Assembly (NCBI RefSeq): GCF_058153355.1
Contig: NZ_CM177019.1
Strand: one strand, 5' to 3'
Length of the DNA stretch: 64,000 bases
The notes beneath the pieces were generated by a model, which had not been told where the DNA came from, did not search any database, and was given only the letters and a program-made list of their open reading frames with translations. Numbering within the stretch: the first letter of the stretch is position 1; the number at the start of each line of letters is the position of its first letter. Shown here piece after piece: positions 1 to 9,990 of this stretch. The translations under genes and the position numbers were made by a program.

Positions 1-358
1 CTTCAGAGTCATTAATCTGGGCGTAATGGTCAGCCAGGACGAATATATTGATGCTGCCATTGAAACTGGCGCTGACGCGATTGTCGTCTCCTCTATCTAT
101 GGGCATGGCGATATCGATTGTCTGGGCATGCGCGAACGCTGCATCGAGCGTGGGCTGGGTAACATCATGCTCTATGTGGGCGGTAACCTGGTGGTCGGAA
201 AACATGACTTCGCTGACGTGGAAACCAAGTTCAAAGAGATGGGATTTGATCGCGTCTTTTCCCCAAGTCATGACTTAGAAGATGTTTGTCAGCTGATGGC
301 CCACGATATCACCCAACGTCATGACGTTGATACTCGCATTCTTGAAGAGGCAATCTGA
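1..358 (+). CDS. Glutamate mutase small (sigma, B12-binding) subunit, 5'-truncated by window edge
   Basis: Frame continues open to position 2 (FRVINLGV upstream of the first Met). Translation resembles clostridial GlmS/MutS B12-binding subunit (AIETGAD..VSS.YG.G.IDC, VGGN.VVGK). Sits first in a glmS-glmL-glmE-mal gene order. Confidence 0.8.
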   Translation, partial: FRVINLGVMVSQDEYIDAAIETGADAIVVSSIYGHGDIDCLGMRERCIERGLGNIMLYVGGNLVVGKHDFADVETKFKEMGFDRVFSPSHDLEDVCQLMAHDITQRHDVDTRILEEAI

Positions 359-1746
359 TGCAAATCGTCTCTGTCGATATTGGATCGACGTGGACCAAAG
401 CAGCCCTCTTCACCCGGGAGGGGGACGCGTTAACGTTGGTTAACCACGTTCTGACCCCAACCACCACCCATCATCTGGCGAAAGGGTTTTTCTCCAGCCT
501 GGACCAGGTGTTAAACGTAGATGATGCCCTCCCCCTGTTAAACAGTGGTGAGGTTGCATTGAAGTATTCCTCCTCTGCCGAAGGTGGGCTGGCGGTTGCC
601 GCAATGGGATTGGTGCCTTCTATCACCCTGGAAACCGCGAAAGTAACCGCTCACTCTGCGGGTGCTAAAATTGCGCAATATTACGCCTACAAGCTGAACC
701 GCCGTGATATCCAGGCACTGGAAGAAACGCAGCCCGATATTCTCTTGTTCACCGGCGGCACCGACGGCGGAGAAGAAAGCTACGGACTGAATAACGCCCG
801 TGTGCTGGCAGAATCCAAACTCGACTGCGCCATTATTTATGCCGGAAACCGGGATATTCAGGATAAGGTGCAGGAGATCCTCGGGCATAAAGACCTGACC
901 ATCGTCGACAACGTTCTGCCCGATCTTGACCATCCGAACCCTTTAGCTGCACGCCAGGCTATCTGCGACATATTCCTTAAACGCATCGTTAAAGGGAAAG
1001 GGCTGGATGTCATTGTTGATAAAACAGGCGAAGAACCAATGCCGACACCATGGACGGTCTTTGAACTGGTTAAGGCAATCAGTAACGTCGATCACAGCTG
1101 GAAAGAGTTCATGCTGATCGACATGGGCGGCGCAACCACCGATGTCTATTCCGCCTGTGCCAACACGCTCTCGCCCGACACTGTTTTACATGGCGTACCG
1201 GAACCCTTCGTAAAACGGACGGTGGAAGGCGATCTGGGAATGCGCGTCTCGGCAATGGTTGTTGGTGAAAGTGCGAAAGAGTTAGTCAGTGTGAATTTTG
1301 CTCAGCAACCCGCACAGTTGGACGCTTTTTATCATTACCTCCGTCATCTAGTCGCTCATCCCGACTACTTACCCGCGAATGCAGATGAAAAATATTTCGA
1401 TACCGTCCTGGCCGGACTGTGTGTGGGTTATGCCACCGAAAGACATGCGGGCACCAAAAAAGAGGTCTGCACCTGCGTCGGCAATGTCGATTTACAGATG
1501 GGACGTGATCTGACAACCGTGCGTAAAGTCGTGGGTTCCGGCGGATGGCTCTCACGTGCCAGTCAGTTCGATATGCATCACTGGTTGAAATACCGCGAGT
1601 TAAACGACGACGGTAAACGCATTCTCTTACCGACCGAATTTGAATATTACCGCGATTACCGGGGGCTATTACCACTGCTGGCAAACGTCGCCAGAGTCGA
1701 TCCGCTGGCCGCCGCGCGCACCAGTATTCAATGCTTAACCCTATAA
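358..1746 (+). CDS. glmL: Glutamate mutase-associated protein L (MutL/GlmL-like, putative reactivase/chaperone)
   Basis: 462-aa ORF lying between the mutase S and E subunit genes, as in clostridial glm/mut operons. Start overlaps the upstream stop (ATGA). Confidence 0.7.
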   Translation: MQIVSVDIGSTWTKAALFTREGDALTLVNHVLTPTTTHHLAKGFFSSLDQVLNVDDALPLLNSGEVALKYSSSAEGGLAVAAMGLVPSITLETAKVTAHSAGAKIAQYYAYKLNRRDIQALEETQPDILLFTGGTDGGEESYGLNNARVLAESKLDCAIIYAGNRDIQDKVQEILGHKDLTIVDNVLPDLDHPNPLAARQAICDIFLKRIVKGKGLDVIVDKTGEEPMPTPWTVFELVKAISNVDHSWKEFMLIDMGGATTDVYSACANTLSPDTVLHGVPEPFVKRTVEGDLGMRVSAMVVGESAKELVSVNFAQQPAQLDAFYHYLRHLVAHPDYLPANADEKYFDTVLAGLCVGYATERHAGTKKEVCTCVGNVDLQMGRDLTTVRKVVGSGGWLSRASQFDMHHWLKYRELNDDGKRILLPTEFEYYRDYRGLLPLLANVARVDPLAAARTSIQCLTL

Positions 1747-1764
1747 CAATTAAGGCTGCAATCA

Positions 1765-3210
1765 ATGGAACTTCGAAATAAGAAATTAACCCATGACGAA
1801 TTCATGACCGAGCGGCAACAGGTATTGAAAACCTGGGAAACCGGCAAGGATGTTGAAAACTTTGAAGATGGCGTTAAATACCAACAAACCATTCCTGAGC
1901 ATAAACGCTTCTCTCATGCCCTGCTGAAAGCAGACAAGGAAGGTAAAACCCTTAGCCAACCGCGCGCAGGCGTGGCGCTGATGGACGAACACATCGAACT
2001 ACTGAAAACACTACAAGAAGAGTGCGATCTGCTGCCGAGCACTATCGATGCATATACCCGTCTGAATCGGTACGAAGAAGCGGCTGTAGGGATTAAAAAA
2101 TCCATCGAAGCCAGAACCTCTAAACTGAACGGTTTACCGGTAGTTAACCACGGCGTCGCAGCTTGCCGTCGCCTCACCGAAACTCTGCAAAAACCGCTAC
2201 AGATCCGCCACGGCACGCCAGATGCGCGTCTGCTGGCTGAAATCTCGATGGCCAGCGGCTTTACCAGTTATGAAGGCGGCGGCATTTCCTACAATATTCC
2301 GTATGCCAAGCGCGTAACGCTGGAAAAATCGATCCGCGACTGGCAGTACTGCGACCGTTTAATGGGGATGTATGAAGAACACGGGATCCGCATCAACCGC
2401 GAACCGTTTGGCCCACTAACGGGTACGCTGATCCCGCCGTTTATCTCGCACTCTATCGCGATAATCGAAGGCTTGCTGGCACTGGAACAGGGTGTGAAAT
2501 CTATTACCGTTGGTTATGGACAGGTCGGCAGCCTGACGCAGGATGTCGCGGCGATCCAGTCTCTGCGTGAACTTGCACACGAATACTTTCAGAGCTATGG
2601 CTATACCGACTATGAATTAAGTACCGTATTTCACCAGTGGATGGGCGGCTTTCCGGAGGACGAATCGAAAGCGTTCGCCATTATCTCCTGGGGTGCTGCC
2701 GTCGCGGGGATGTCTGGTGCTACCAAAGTCATCACCAAAAGTCCGCACGAAGCCTGGGGCATCCCGACTGCTGCTGCCAACATTCAGGGGCTAAAAGCCT
2801 CCCGCCAGATGCTCAACATGGTCAACGAGCAGAAATTCCCGCCGTGCCCGGCGGTTGAACTGGAAATTGAACTGATTAAGAGCGAGGTTCGCGCTGTACT
2901 GAACAAAGTGTTCGAACTGGGTAATGGTGATATTGCGCGCGGTACGGTGCTGGCATTTGAAGCGGGCGTACTGGATGTACCGTTTGCCCCAGCCGCCTGC
3001 AACGCAGGCAAAATTCTTCCGGTCCGTGACAACACCGGCGCGATACGCGTACTGGAAGCCGGAGCCGTTCCATTGCCAAAAGATATTCTCGACCTCCACC
3101 ACGATTACGTTGCTGAACGCGCACGCTTTGAAGGACGCCAACCGACATTCCAGATGGTTGTAGATGACATCAATGCTGTATCCCACAGTAAATTAATAGG
3201 AAGACCATAA
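1765..3210 (+). CDS. glmE: Glutamate mutase large (epsilon) subunit / methylaspartate mutase E
   Basis: 481-aa ORF of the expected size and operon position between glmL and methylaspartase. Confidence 0.8.
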   Translation: MELRNKKLTHDEFMTERQQVLKTWETGKDVENFEDGVKYQQTIPEHKRFSHALLKADKEGKTLSQPRAGVALMDEHIELLKTLQEECDLLPSTIDAYTRLNRYEEAAVGIKKSIEARTSKLNGLPVVNHGVAACRRLTETLQKPLQIRHGTPDARLLAEISMASGFTSYEGGGISYNIPYAKRVTLEKSIRDWQYCDRLMGMYEEHGIRINREPFGPLTGTLIPPFISHSIAIIEGLLALEQGVKSITVGYGQVGSLTQDVAAIQSLRELAHEYFQSYGYTDYELSTVFHQWMGGFPEDESKAFAIISWGAAVAGMSGATKVITKSPHEAWGIPTAAANIQGLKASRQMLNMVNEQKFPPCPAVELEIELIKSEVRAVLNKVFELGNGDIARGTVLAFEAGVLDVPFAPAACNAGKILPVRDNTGAIRVLEAGAVPLPKDILDLHHDYVAERARFEGRQPTFQMVVDDINAVSHSKLIGRP

Positions 3211-4451
3211 TGAAAATAAAACAGGCCCTTTTCACCGCTGGCTACTCTTCATTCTATTTCGATGACCAGCAGGCGATAAAAAACGGAGCGGGTCACGACG
3301 GCTTTTTTTATACCGGAGAGCCGGTAACACAGGGGTTTAACGCCGTACGTCAGGCCGGGGAGTGCGTTTCGGTTCAGTTGATTCTGGAAAACGGTGCGGT
3401 CGCCGTAGGCGACTGTGCTGCCGTACAGTATTCCGGGGCAGGCGGTCGCGATCCACTGTTCCTCGCAGAGCACTTTATTCCGTTCCTCAACGACCATATC
3501 AAGCCATTACTGGTAGGCCGCGATGTGGATGCTTTCCTGCCGAATGCCCGTTTCTTCGACAAATTGCGTATTGACGGAAACTTGCTGCATACCGCCGTAC
3601 GTTACGGATTATCACAGGCGCTGCTTGATGCTACCGCGCTGGCAACCGGCCGTCTAAAAACTGAAGTGGTCTGTGATGAATGGCAGTTGCCACGCGTGGC
3701 GGAATCCATTCCATTATTTGGTCAGAGCGGCGACGATCGATATATCGCTGTCGATAAGATGATCCTTAAGGGCATCGACGTGCTACCTCATGCGCTGATT
3801 AATAACGTCGAAGAGAAACTGGGCTTTAAAGGAGAAAAACTGCGCGAATATGTCCGTTGGCTATCCGATCGGATTCTAAGCAAACGCACCAGCGCACGCT
3901 ACCACCCTACCCTGCACATCGATGTATACGGCACTATTGGTCTGATCTTCGATATGGATCCGCTTCGCTGTGCGCAATACATCGCCAGTCTGGAAAAAGA
4001 GGCGCAAGGCCTGCCGCTCTACATTGAGGGGCCGGTCGATGCCGGTAACAAGCCCGATCAAATTCGCCTGCTGACCGCGATTACCAAAGAGCTGACGCGC
4101 CTCGGTTCCGGCGTGAAAATTGTGGCCGATGAATGGTGTAACACCTACCAGGATATTGTTGATTTCACTGATGCCGCCAGTTGCCACATGGTGCAAATCA
4201 AAACCCCGGATCTGGGCAGTATTCACAACATCGTCGATGCAGTTCTTTATTGCAACAGCCACAGCATGGAAGCGTACCAGGGCGGCACCTGCAATGAAAC
4301 CGATGTCAGCGCCCGCACGTGTGTCCACGTCGCCCTTGCCGCTCGCCCTATGCGTATGCTGGTAAAACCGGGGATGGGCTTTGACGAAGGCCTCGATATC
4401 GTCTTCAACGAAATGAATCGTACTATCGCGCTGTTGCAGGCTAAGGATTAA
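3210..4451 (+). CDS. mal: 3-Methylaspartate ammonia-lyase (beta-methylaspartase)
   Basis: 413-aa ORF, same length as clostridial methylaspartase, enolase-superfamily-like. Start overlaps the glmE stop. Confidence 0.8.
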   Translation: MKIKQALFTAGYSSFYFDDQQAIKNGAGHDGFFYTGEPVTQGFNAVRQAGECVSVQLILENGAVAVGDCAAVQYSGAGGRDPLFLAEHFIPFLNDHIKPLLVGRDVDAFLPNARFFDKLRIDGNLLHTAVRYGLSQALLDATALATGRLKTEVVCDEWQLPRVAESIPLFGQSGDDRYIAVDKMILKGIDVLPHALINNVEEKLGFKGEKLREYVRWLSDRILSKRTSARYHPTLHIDVYGTIGLIFDMDPLRCAQYIASLEKEAQGLPLYIEGPVDAGNKPDQIRLLTAITKELTRLGSGVKIVADEWCNTYQDIVDFTDAASCHMVQIKTPDLGSIHNIVDAVLYCNSHSMEAYQGGTCNETDVSARTCVHVALAARPMRMLVKPGMGFDEGLDIVFNEMNRTIALLQAKD

Positions 4452-4454
4452 CAA

Positions 4455-5825
4455 ATGGCTCGTTCTTTTAAAGTCTTATCGCCAACGGCAATCCTCGGGT
4501 ATGGATTCCCGGAAGAGAGCTTCCGCAAAGCGATGGCAGAATCGCCCGATCTGATCGCCGTTGATGCAGGCTCTTCCGATCCTGGCCCCCACTACCTCGG
4601 GGCGGGCAAACCGTTTACCGATCGCGCAGGGGTCAAACGCGATCTACGCTATATGATCACCGCAGGCGTGCAAAATAATATACCGGTGGTGATCGGAACG
4701 GCCGGCGGTTCTGGTGCAGCTCCACACCTGGAGTGGTGCCGAGAAATAATTCATGAGATTGCCCGGGAAGAGCACCTCGCGTTCTCGATGGCGCTGATCC
4801 CGGCAGACGTTGACAAAGCCATCGTCCACCAGGCGCTGGATAACGGCAAAATCACGGCGCTGGATTTTGTCCCGCCGTTAACCCACGACGCGATTGACGA
4901 AAGTACGTATATCGTCGCGCAAATGGGCGTCGAACCCTTCCAGCAGGCGCTGAAAGAAGGCGCGCAAGTGGTGCTGGGCGGGCGCGCTTACGACCCGGCC
5001 TGCTTTGCTGCGCTACCGATCATGCAAGGCTTTGATGAAGGTCTGGCGCTGCATTGTGGGAAAATCCTTGAATGCGCGGCAATCGCCGCAACGCCCGGCT
5101 CAGGCTCTGACTGTGCGATGGGCATCATTGATGACAACGGCTTTACGCTGAAGACATTTAATCCGAAGCGTAAATTTACCGAAACGTCAGCGGCTGCACA
5201 CACACTGTATGAGAAATCCGATCCCTACTTCCTGCCAGGACCTGGCGGCGTGTTGAACCTGAAAGGTTGCACATTTAAAGCGATCAATGATGGCGAAGTT
5301 TACGTCAGCGGTTCTAAGCATGAAGAAACGCCCTATGCCCTGAAACTGGAAGGTGCGCGGCGGGTGGGTTTCCGCTGTTTGACCATCGCCGGAACGCGCG
5401 ACCCGATCATGATCGCCGGGATCGATAACATCATCGATGAAGTCAAAACCAGCGTTTCGCGTAATCTGTCCTTAGACGATGACAGCATTCGCATCAATTT
5501 CCACCTGTACGGCAAAAACGGGGTGATGGGTAACCATGAACCGATGCAAACTGCCGGGCATGAGCTGGGGATTGTCCTTGATGTAGTTGCACCGACCCAG
5601 GAAATTGCCAACAGCGTTTGCTCGCTGGTGCGCTCTACCATGCTGCACTACGGCTATGAAAACCGCATCGCTACCGCAGGCAACCTGGCGTTCCCGTTCT
5701 CCCCTTCTGATATCCAGGGCGGGCCGGTATACGAATTTTCCATATATCACCTGATTGAAGCCAACGACGCTCTGCGTTTTGATTTCCATATTGAACAGGT
5801 GACGCCAGAAGGAGTTCAGGCATGA
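4455..5825 (+). CDS. DUF1446 (AtuA-like) family protein, function unknown
   Basis: 456-aa ORF tightly packed in the operon; family assignment from recollection of AtuA-like sequence features. Confidence 0.6.
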   Translation: MARSFKVLSPTAILGYGFPEESFRKAMAESPDLIAVDAGSSDPGPHYLGAGKPFTDRAGVKRDLRYMITAGVQNNIPVVIGTAGGSGAAPHLEWCREIIHEIAREEHLAFSMALIPADVDKAIVHQALDNGKITALDFVPPLTHDAIDESTYIVAQMGVEPFQQALKEGAQVVLGGRAYDPACFAALPIMQGFDEGLALHCGKILECAAIAATPGSGSDCAMGIIDDNGFTLKTFNPKRKFTETSAAAHTLYEKSDPYFLPGPGGVLNLKGCTFKAINDGEVYVSGSKHEETPYALKLEGARRVGFRCLTIAGTRDPIMIAGIDNIIDEVKTSVSRNLSLDDDSIRINFHLYGKNGVMGNHEPMQTAGHELGIVLDVVAPTQEIANSVCSLVRSTMLHYGYENRIATAGNLAFPFSPSDIQGGPVYEFSIYHLIEANDALRFDFHIEQVTPEGVQA

Positions 5826-6139
5826 AACAGTCAATTGTCTCACTGGCGCAAGTCATTCGTTCGAAAAATGCCGGACCTTACGAACTGGTTTTAGATATTT
5901 TATTTAAAACGAAAGAAAACTATGAGCGAGTAAAATCATCAGGGCAATTAACCCCAGAACTGATTGCGCGCTTATATCATGTTGAACCTGACTTTATTCA
6001 TCGTATTGTCTGGTTTGATCCTTCTAACGCAGTAAAAATTGTCATGCCACGAGATATTATCTCCGGGAATGTAGGTGACAATGATGTCTATGGCGCACAG
6101 CAACATGCACCTTTATTAAATATGAGTTTCGATTTGTAA
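5822..6139 (+). CDS. Small DUF4387-like protein (usual partner of DUF1446 proteins)
   Basis: 105-aa ORF overlapping the upstream stop by 4 nt, indicating translational coupling. Confidence 0.55.
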   Translation: MKQSIVSLAQVIRSKNAGPYELVLDILFKTKENYERVKSSGQLTPELIARLYHVEPDFIHRIVWFDPSNAVKIVMPRDIISGNVGDNDVYGAQQHAPLLNMSFDL

Positions 6140-6299
6140 AAATCCGAACACTTTTAGCCAACTGACATCCCGTCACTTATTGCAGCTCAACACTTCAGCT
6201 ATTTGTAAGGTTGTTATAGCAGGTAGATGCCTGAATCTCTATTCAGGCATCCACTTCTCCTGATTCTGATTTATCGCCGTGCACCTGATGGAGGAAAAA

Positions 6300-7580
6300 A
6301 TGAAGAAAATAAGTTTAACCACGATGATTCTTTTGGCGCTGGTACTTGGAATGATTATCGGCGTAGTGCTCAATAACACTGCTTCACCGGAAACAGCAAA
6401 ACTCTATGCGCAAGAAATATCGATATTCACGACGATTTTCTTACGACTGATAAAAATGATTATCGCTCCGTTAGTGGTCTCTACCCTGGTGGTAGGTATT
6501 GCTAAAATGGGCGATGCCAAAGCCCTTGGTCGTATTTTTTCTAAAACACTCTTTTTATTTATTTGCGCCTCATTGCTGTCAATTGCCTTAGGCTTGATAA
6601 CGGTAAATTTCTTCATGCCAGGCACAGGAATTAATTTTGTTGCACACGGTGCCGAAACCACCGGAGTGGTCGCGTCAGAACCCTTTACACTAAAAGTATT
6701 TATTTCGCATGCTTTCCCCACCAGCATTGTCGATGCCATGGCGCACAATGAAATTTTGCAAATCGTGGTGTTCTCAATTTTCCTCGGCTGTAGCCTGACG
6801 GCGATTGGTGAGAAAGGCAGCGCCATCGTTCACGCCTTAGATTCGCTGGCACATGCCATGTTAAAGCTCACTGGCTACGTCATGCTCTTCGCTCCCCTGA
6901 CCGTATTCGCCGCTATTTCAGCATTGATTGCTGAACGAGGACTGGCAGTTATGGTGAGCGCCGGGATCTTTATGGGTGAATTTTATTTCACCATGTTATT
7001 ACTTTGGGTGCTGCTTATCGGTCTGGCCATCGTTTATGTCGGCCCCTGCATCAGACGCCTGACCCGCGCCCTTTCAGAACCCGCCCTGCTGGCATTTACC
7101 ACATCCAGTTCTGAAGCTGCTTTTCCGGGAACGCTTGAAAAACTGGAGCAATTTGGCGTTTCCCCCAAAATTGCCAGCTTTGTCTTACCCATTGGCTACT
7201 CATTTAATCTCGTTGGATCAATGGCCTACTGCTCCTTCGCCACAGTTTTCATCGCCCAGGCCTGCAATATCCATTTATCCATCGGTGAGCAAATCACCAT
7301 GCTGTTGATCCTGATGTTGACCTCGAAAGGAATGGCTGGCGTACCACGCGCCTCAATGGTGGTTATCGCCGCCACGCTCAACCAGTTCAATATTCCGGAA
7401 GCGGGGCTGATCTTGCTGATGGGCGTTGATCCGTTCCTTGATATGGGGCGTTCCGCGACAAACGTCATGAGCAACGCAATGGGCGCTGCGATGGTGAGTC
7501 GGTGGGAAGGCGAACATTTCGGCGAGGGTTGTCGGGGTAAAGCATTAAAACCCAATGAATCGAACGTTGCTCTGCCCTGA
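6300..7580 (+). CDS. Dicarboxylate/amino acid:cation symporter (DAACS family), likely glutamate/aspartate uptake
   Basis: Multi-pass membrane protein with GltP/GltT-like sequence. Start chosen at the ATG (6300) preceded by a GGAGGA ribosome-binding site. Confidence 0.8.
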   Translation: MKKISLTTMILLALVLGMIIGVVLNNTASPETAKLYAQEISIFTTIFLRLIKMIIAPLVVSTLVVGIAKMGDAKALGRIFSKTLFLFICASLLSIALGLITVNFFMPGTGINFVAHGAETTGVVASEPFTLKVFISHAFPTSIVDAMAHNEILQIVVFSIFLGCSLTAIGEKGSAIVHALDSLAHAMLKLTGYVMLFAPLTVFAAISALIAERGLAVMVSAGIFMGEFYFTMLLLWVLLIGLAIVYVGPCIRRLTRALSEPALLAFTTSSSEAAFPGTLEKLEQFGVSPKIASFVLPIGYSFNLVGSMAYCSFATVFIAQACNIHLSIGEQITMLLILMLTSKGMAGVPRASMVVIAATLNQFNIPEAGLILLMGVDPFLDMGRSATNVMSNAMGAAMVSRWEGEHFGEGCRGKALKPNESNVALP

Positions 7581-7687
7581 GGGAGATCTTAAGCAATCAG
7601 AAGCCAATGACTACGCATTTTTATAAGCCGGATCATGAAGTTAGACGGCAATTAAGTAACACTAACGTTTAAGGTGAAAAGTGAAAT

Positions 7688-9340
7688 ATGTCCAAACCAT
7701 TTATCTGGCAAGAACCGTTTCTACAAAATAAAGACGGTACAGAATATACATTAATTAGCGATCAACATATTACAGTAACGGAATTAGACGGCGAAGAAGT
7801 AATAAAAATCGCTCCTGAAGCATTAACGCTGCTTGCCCGGCAGGCATTTTATGAAGCCTCTTTTTTCTTACGTTCCGCTCATTTGCAACAGGTCGCCAGC
7901 ATTCTTAACGATCCGCAGGCCAGCAGTAATGATAAATACGTTGCGTTGCAGTTATTACGTAATGCTGAAGTCTCAGCAAAAGGGGTATTACCCAACTGTC
8001 AGGATACCGGCACCGCAACTATTGTTGCCAGTAAAGGGCAACAGATATGGACCGGAGGCAACGACGCCGAAGCCTTAAGCAAAGGCATTTACACCACTTT
8101 TCAGGAAAATAATTTGCGCTTTTCACAAAATGCGCCGCTGGATATGTATACCGAAGTCAATACGTACACCAATCTACCGGCGCAGATTGATATCAGCGCC
8201 GTCGCTGGTGATGAGTACCATTTTCTCTGTATTAATAAAGGGGGCGGCTCCGCCAATAAAGCCGCACTTTATCAGGAAACCAAATCCTTATTGCAACCAG
8301 AAAAACTGACCGCATTTTTAATCGAAAAAATGAAATCGCTGGGCACCGCTGCCTGCCCGCCTTACCACATCGCCTTTGTCGTCGGAGGGCTTTCAGCCGA
8401 TCAAACCTTAAAAGTTGCCAAGCTGGCCTCTACGAAATATTACGACAATTTGCCCACCAGCGGAAACGAGCAGGGACAAGCATTCCGTGATATTGAGCTG
8501 GAAAAAGCGTTGCTCGAAGCCAGTCAGCAATTTGGTATTGGTGCGCAATTTGGGGGTAAATATTTCGCTCATGATATTCGCGTCATTCGTCTGCCGCGTC
8601 ACGGTGGCTCCTGCCCGATAGCTATGGCGCTCTCCTGTTCTGCCGATCGCAATATCAAAGCAAAAATTAACAAGCATGGTATCTGGCTGGAAAAACTCGA
8701 ACACAATCCGGGGCAATATATTCCAGCCTCACTGCGGGAAGAAAATCACGCGCAACATGTACAGCTGGATCTAAACCGTCCGTTGCGTGACGTGATGCAG
8801 GATCTCGCCAGATTACCGGTAGGCACCCGCGTGTCGTTAAGTGGTCCCATCGTAGTGGCGCGCGATATCGCCCACGCCAAAATAAAAGCGCGGCTGGATA
8901 GCGGCGAATCGATGCCGGATTATCTGAAGCATCATATTGTCTATTACGCTGGCCCGGCGAAAACACCGGAGAACATGGCCTGCGGTTCACTGGGTCCAAC
9001 CACGGGCGGTCGAATGGACGGTTATGTCGAAACCTTCCAGGCGGCTGGCGGCAGTCTGGTAATGTTATCGAAAGGTAACCGCAGCCAGCAGGTCACCGAT
9101 GCCTGTCACAAACATGGCGGCTTCAATCTGGGAAGTATTGGCGGTGCAGCTGCGTTACTGGCGCAAGAATATGTCAAAAGTCTGCGTTGCCTGGAATACC
9201 CGGAGCTGGGTATGGAAGCGGTGTGGATGATGGAAGTGGAAAATCTGCCCGCATTCATCCTGGTCGATGATAAAGGCAATAATTTCTTTAGTCAGTTTGA
9301 GCAGCAACACCGCTGCGCCAGTTGCCCTGCGGGACATTAA
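7688..9340 (+). CDS. fumD: Class I fumarate hydratase paralog, probable mesaconase (FumD-type)
   Basis: 550-aa ORF closely resembling FumA/FumB (CQDTGTA, GGGSANK, CPPYH, SCSADRN). Genomic context is the methylaspartate pathway. Confidence 0.85.
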   Translation: MSKPFIWQEPFLQNKDGTEYTLISDQHITVTELDGEEVIKIAPEALTLLARQAFYEASFFLRSAHLQQVASILNDPQASSNDKYVALQLLRNAEVSAKGVLPNCQDTGTATIVASKGQQIWTGGNDAEALSKGIYTTFQENNLRFSQNAPLDMYTEVNTYTNLPAQIDISAVAGDEYHFLCINKGGGSANKAALYQETKSLLQPEKLTAFLIEKMKSLGTAACPPYHIAFVVGGLSADQTLKVAKLASTKYYDNLPTSGNEQGQAFRDIELEKALLEASQQFGIGAQFGGKYFAHDIRVIRLPRHGGSCPIAMALSCSADRNIKAKINKHGIWLEKLEHNPGQYIPASLREENHAQHVQLDLNRPLRDVMQDLARLPVGTRVSLSGPIVVARDIAHAKIKARLDSGESMPDYLKHHIVYYAGPAKTPENMACGSLGPTTGGRMDGYVETFQAAGGSLVMLSKGNRSQQVTDACHKHGGFNLGSIGGAAALLAQEYVKSLRCLEYPELGMEAVWMMEVENLPAFILVDDKGNNFFSQFEQQHRCASCPAGH

Positions 9341-9349
9341 GGAAAATGA

Positions 9350-9952
9350 ATGGAAGCGCGAATTTCAACTGAACGGCATGTGCAGCGCCAGCAGAAATTG
9401 AAGGAACAGGTCGATACGCGCGTCGCGGCGGCGATAGAGAAAAAAGGGATCTTGATTGTTTTCACCGGCAACGGCAAAGGGAAATCCACTGCCGCGTTTG
9501 GTACTGTGACGCGCGCGGTGGGTCATGGCAAAACGGTGGGGGTTGCGCAGTACATCAAGGGGCAATGGGACAACGGCGAATACAACCTTCTCCAGCCGCT
9601 GGGGGTTGAGTTTCATATTATGGGAACCGGTTTTACCTGGGAGACTCAGAACCGGCAAGCGGATATCGACGCGGCGAAAGAGGTCTGGTCGGAAAGCAAA
9701 CGGATGCTGGCTGACAAGCGTTACGACTTAGTGGTGCTTGATGAGCTGACCTATATGCTGGCTTACCATTATCTGGACACCGAAGAAGTGATCACTTCTC
9801 TGCAAAACCGCCCGGCACAACAAAGTGTCATTGTCACCGGACGCAGTTGCCACAGTCAGATATTAAAAATGGCGGATACGGTCAGCGAAATCCGCCCCGT
9901 CAAACATGCTTTTGATAACGGCATTCAGGCGCAGCCGGGTATCGACTGGTAA
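9350..9952 (+). CDS. Cob(I)alamin adenosyltransferase (BtuR/CobO family)
   Basis: 200-aa ORF with P-loop-like GNGKGKSTAA, characteristic of CobA/BtuR-type ATP:corrinoid adenosyltransferases. Confidence 0.8.
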   Translation: MEARISTERHVQRQQKLKEQVDTRVAAAIEKKGILIVFTGNGKGKSTAAFGTVTRAVGHGKTVGVAQYIKGQWDNGEYNLLQPLGVEFHIMGTGFTWETQNRQADIDAAKEVWSESKRMLADKRYDLVVLDELTYMLAYHYLDTEEVITSLQNRPAQQSVIVTGRSCHSQILKMADTVSEIRPVKHAFDNGIQAQPGIDW

Positions 9953-9955
9953 TAA

Positions 9956-9990
9956 CTGCGCCTGGCATCCCGCCAGGCGCAGGTTTTACA
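9956..9990. terminator. Bidirectional intrinsic terminator between the adenosyltransferase gene and the convergent LysR gene
   Basis: Perfect 10-bp inverted repeat ctgcgcctgg/ccaggcgcag with a 7-nt loop, followed by a T-run. Confidence 0.6.
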
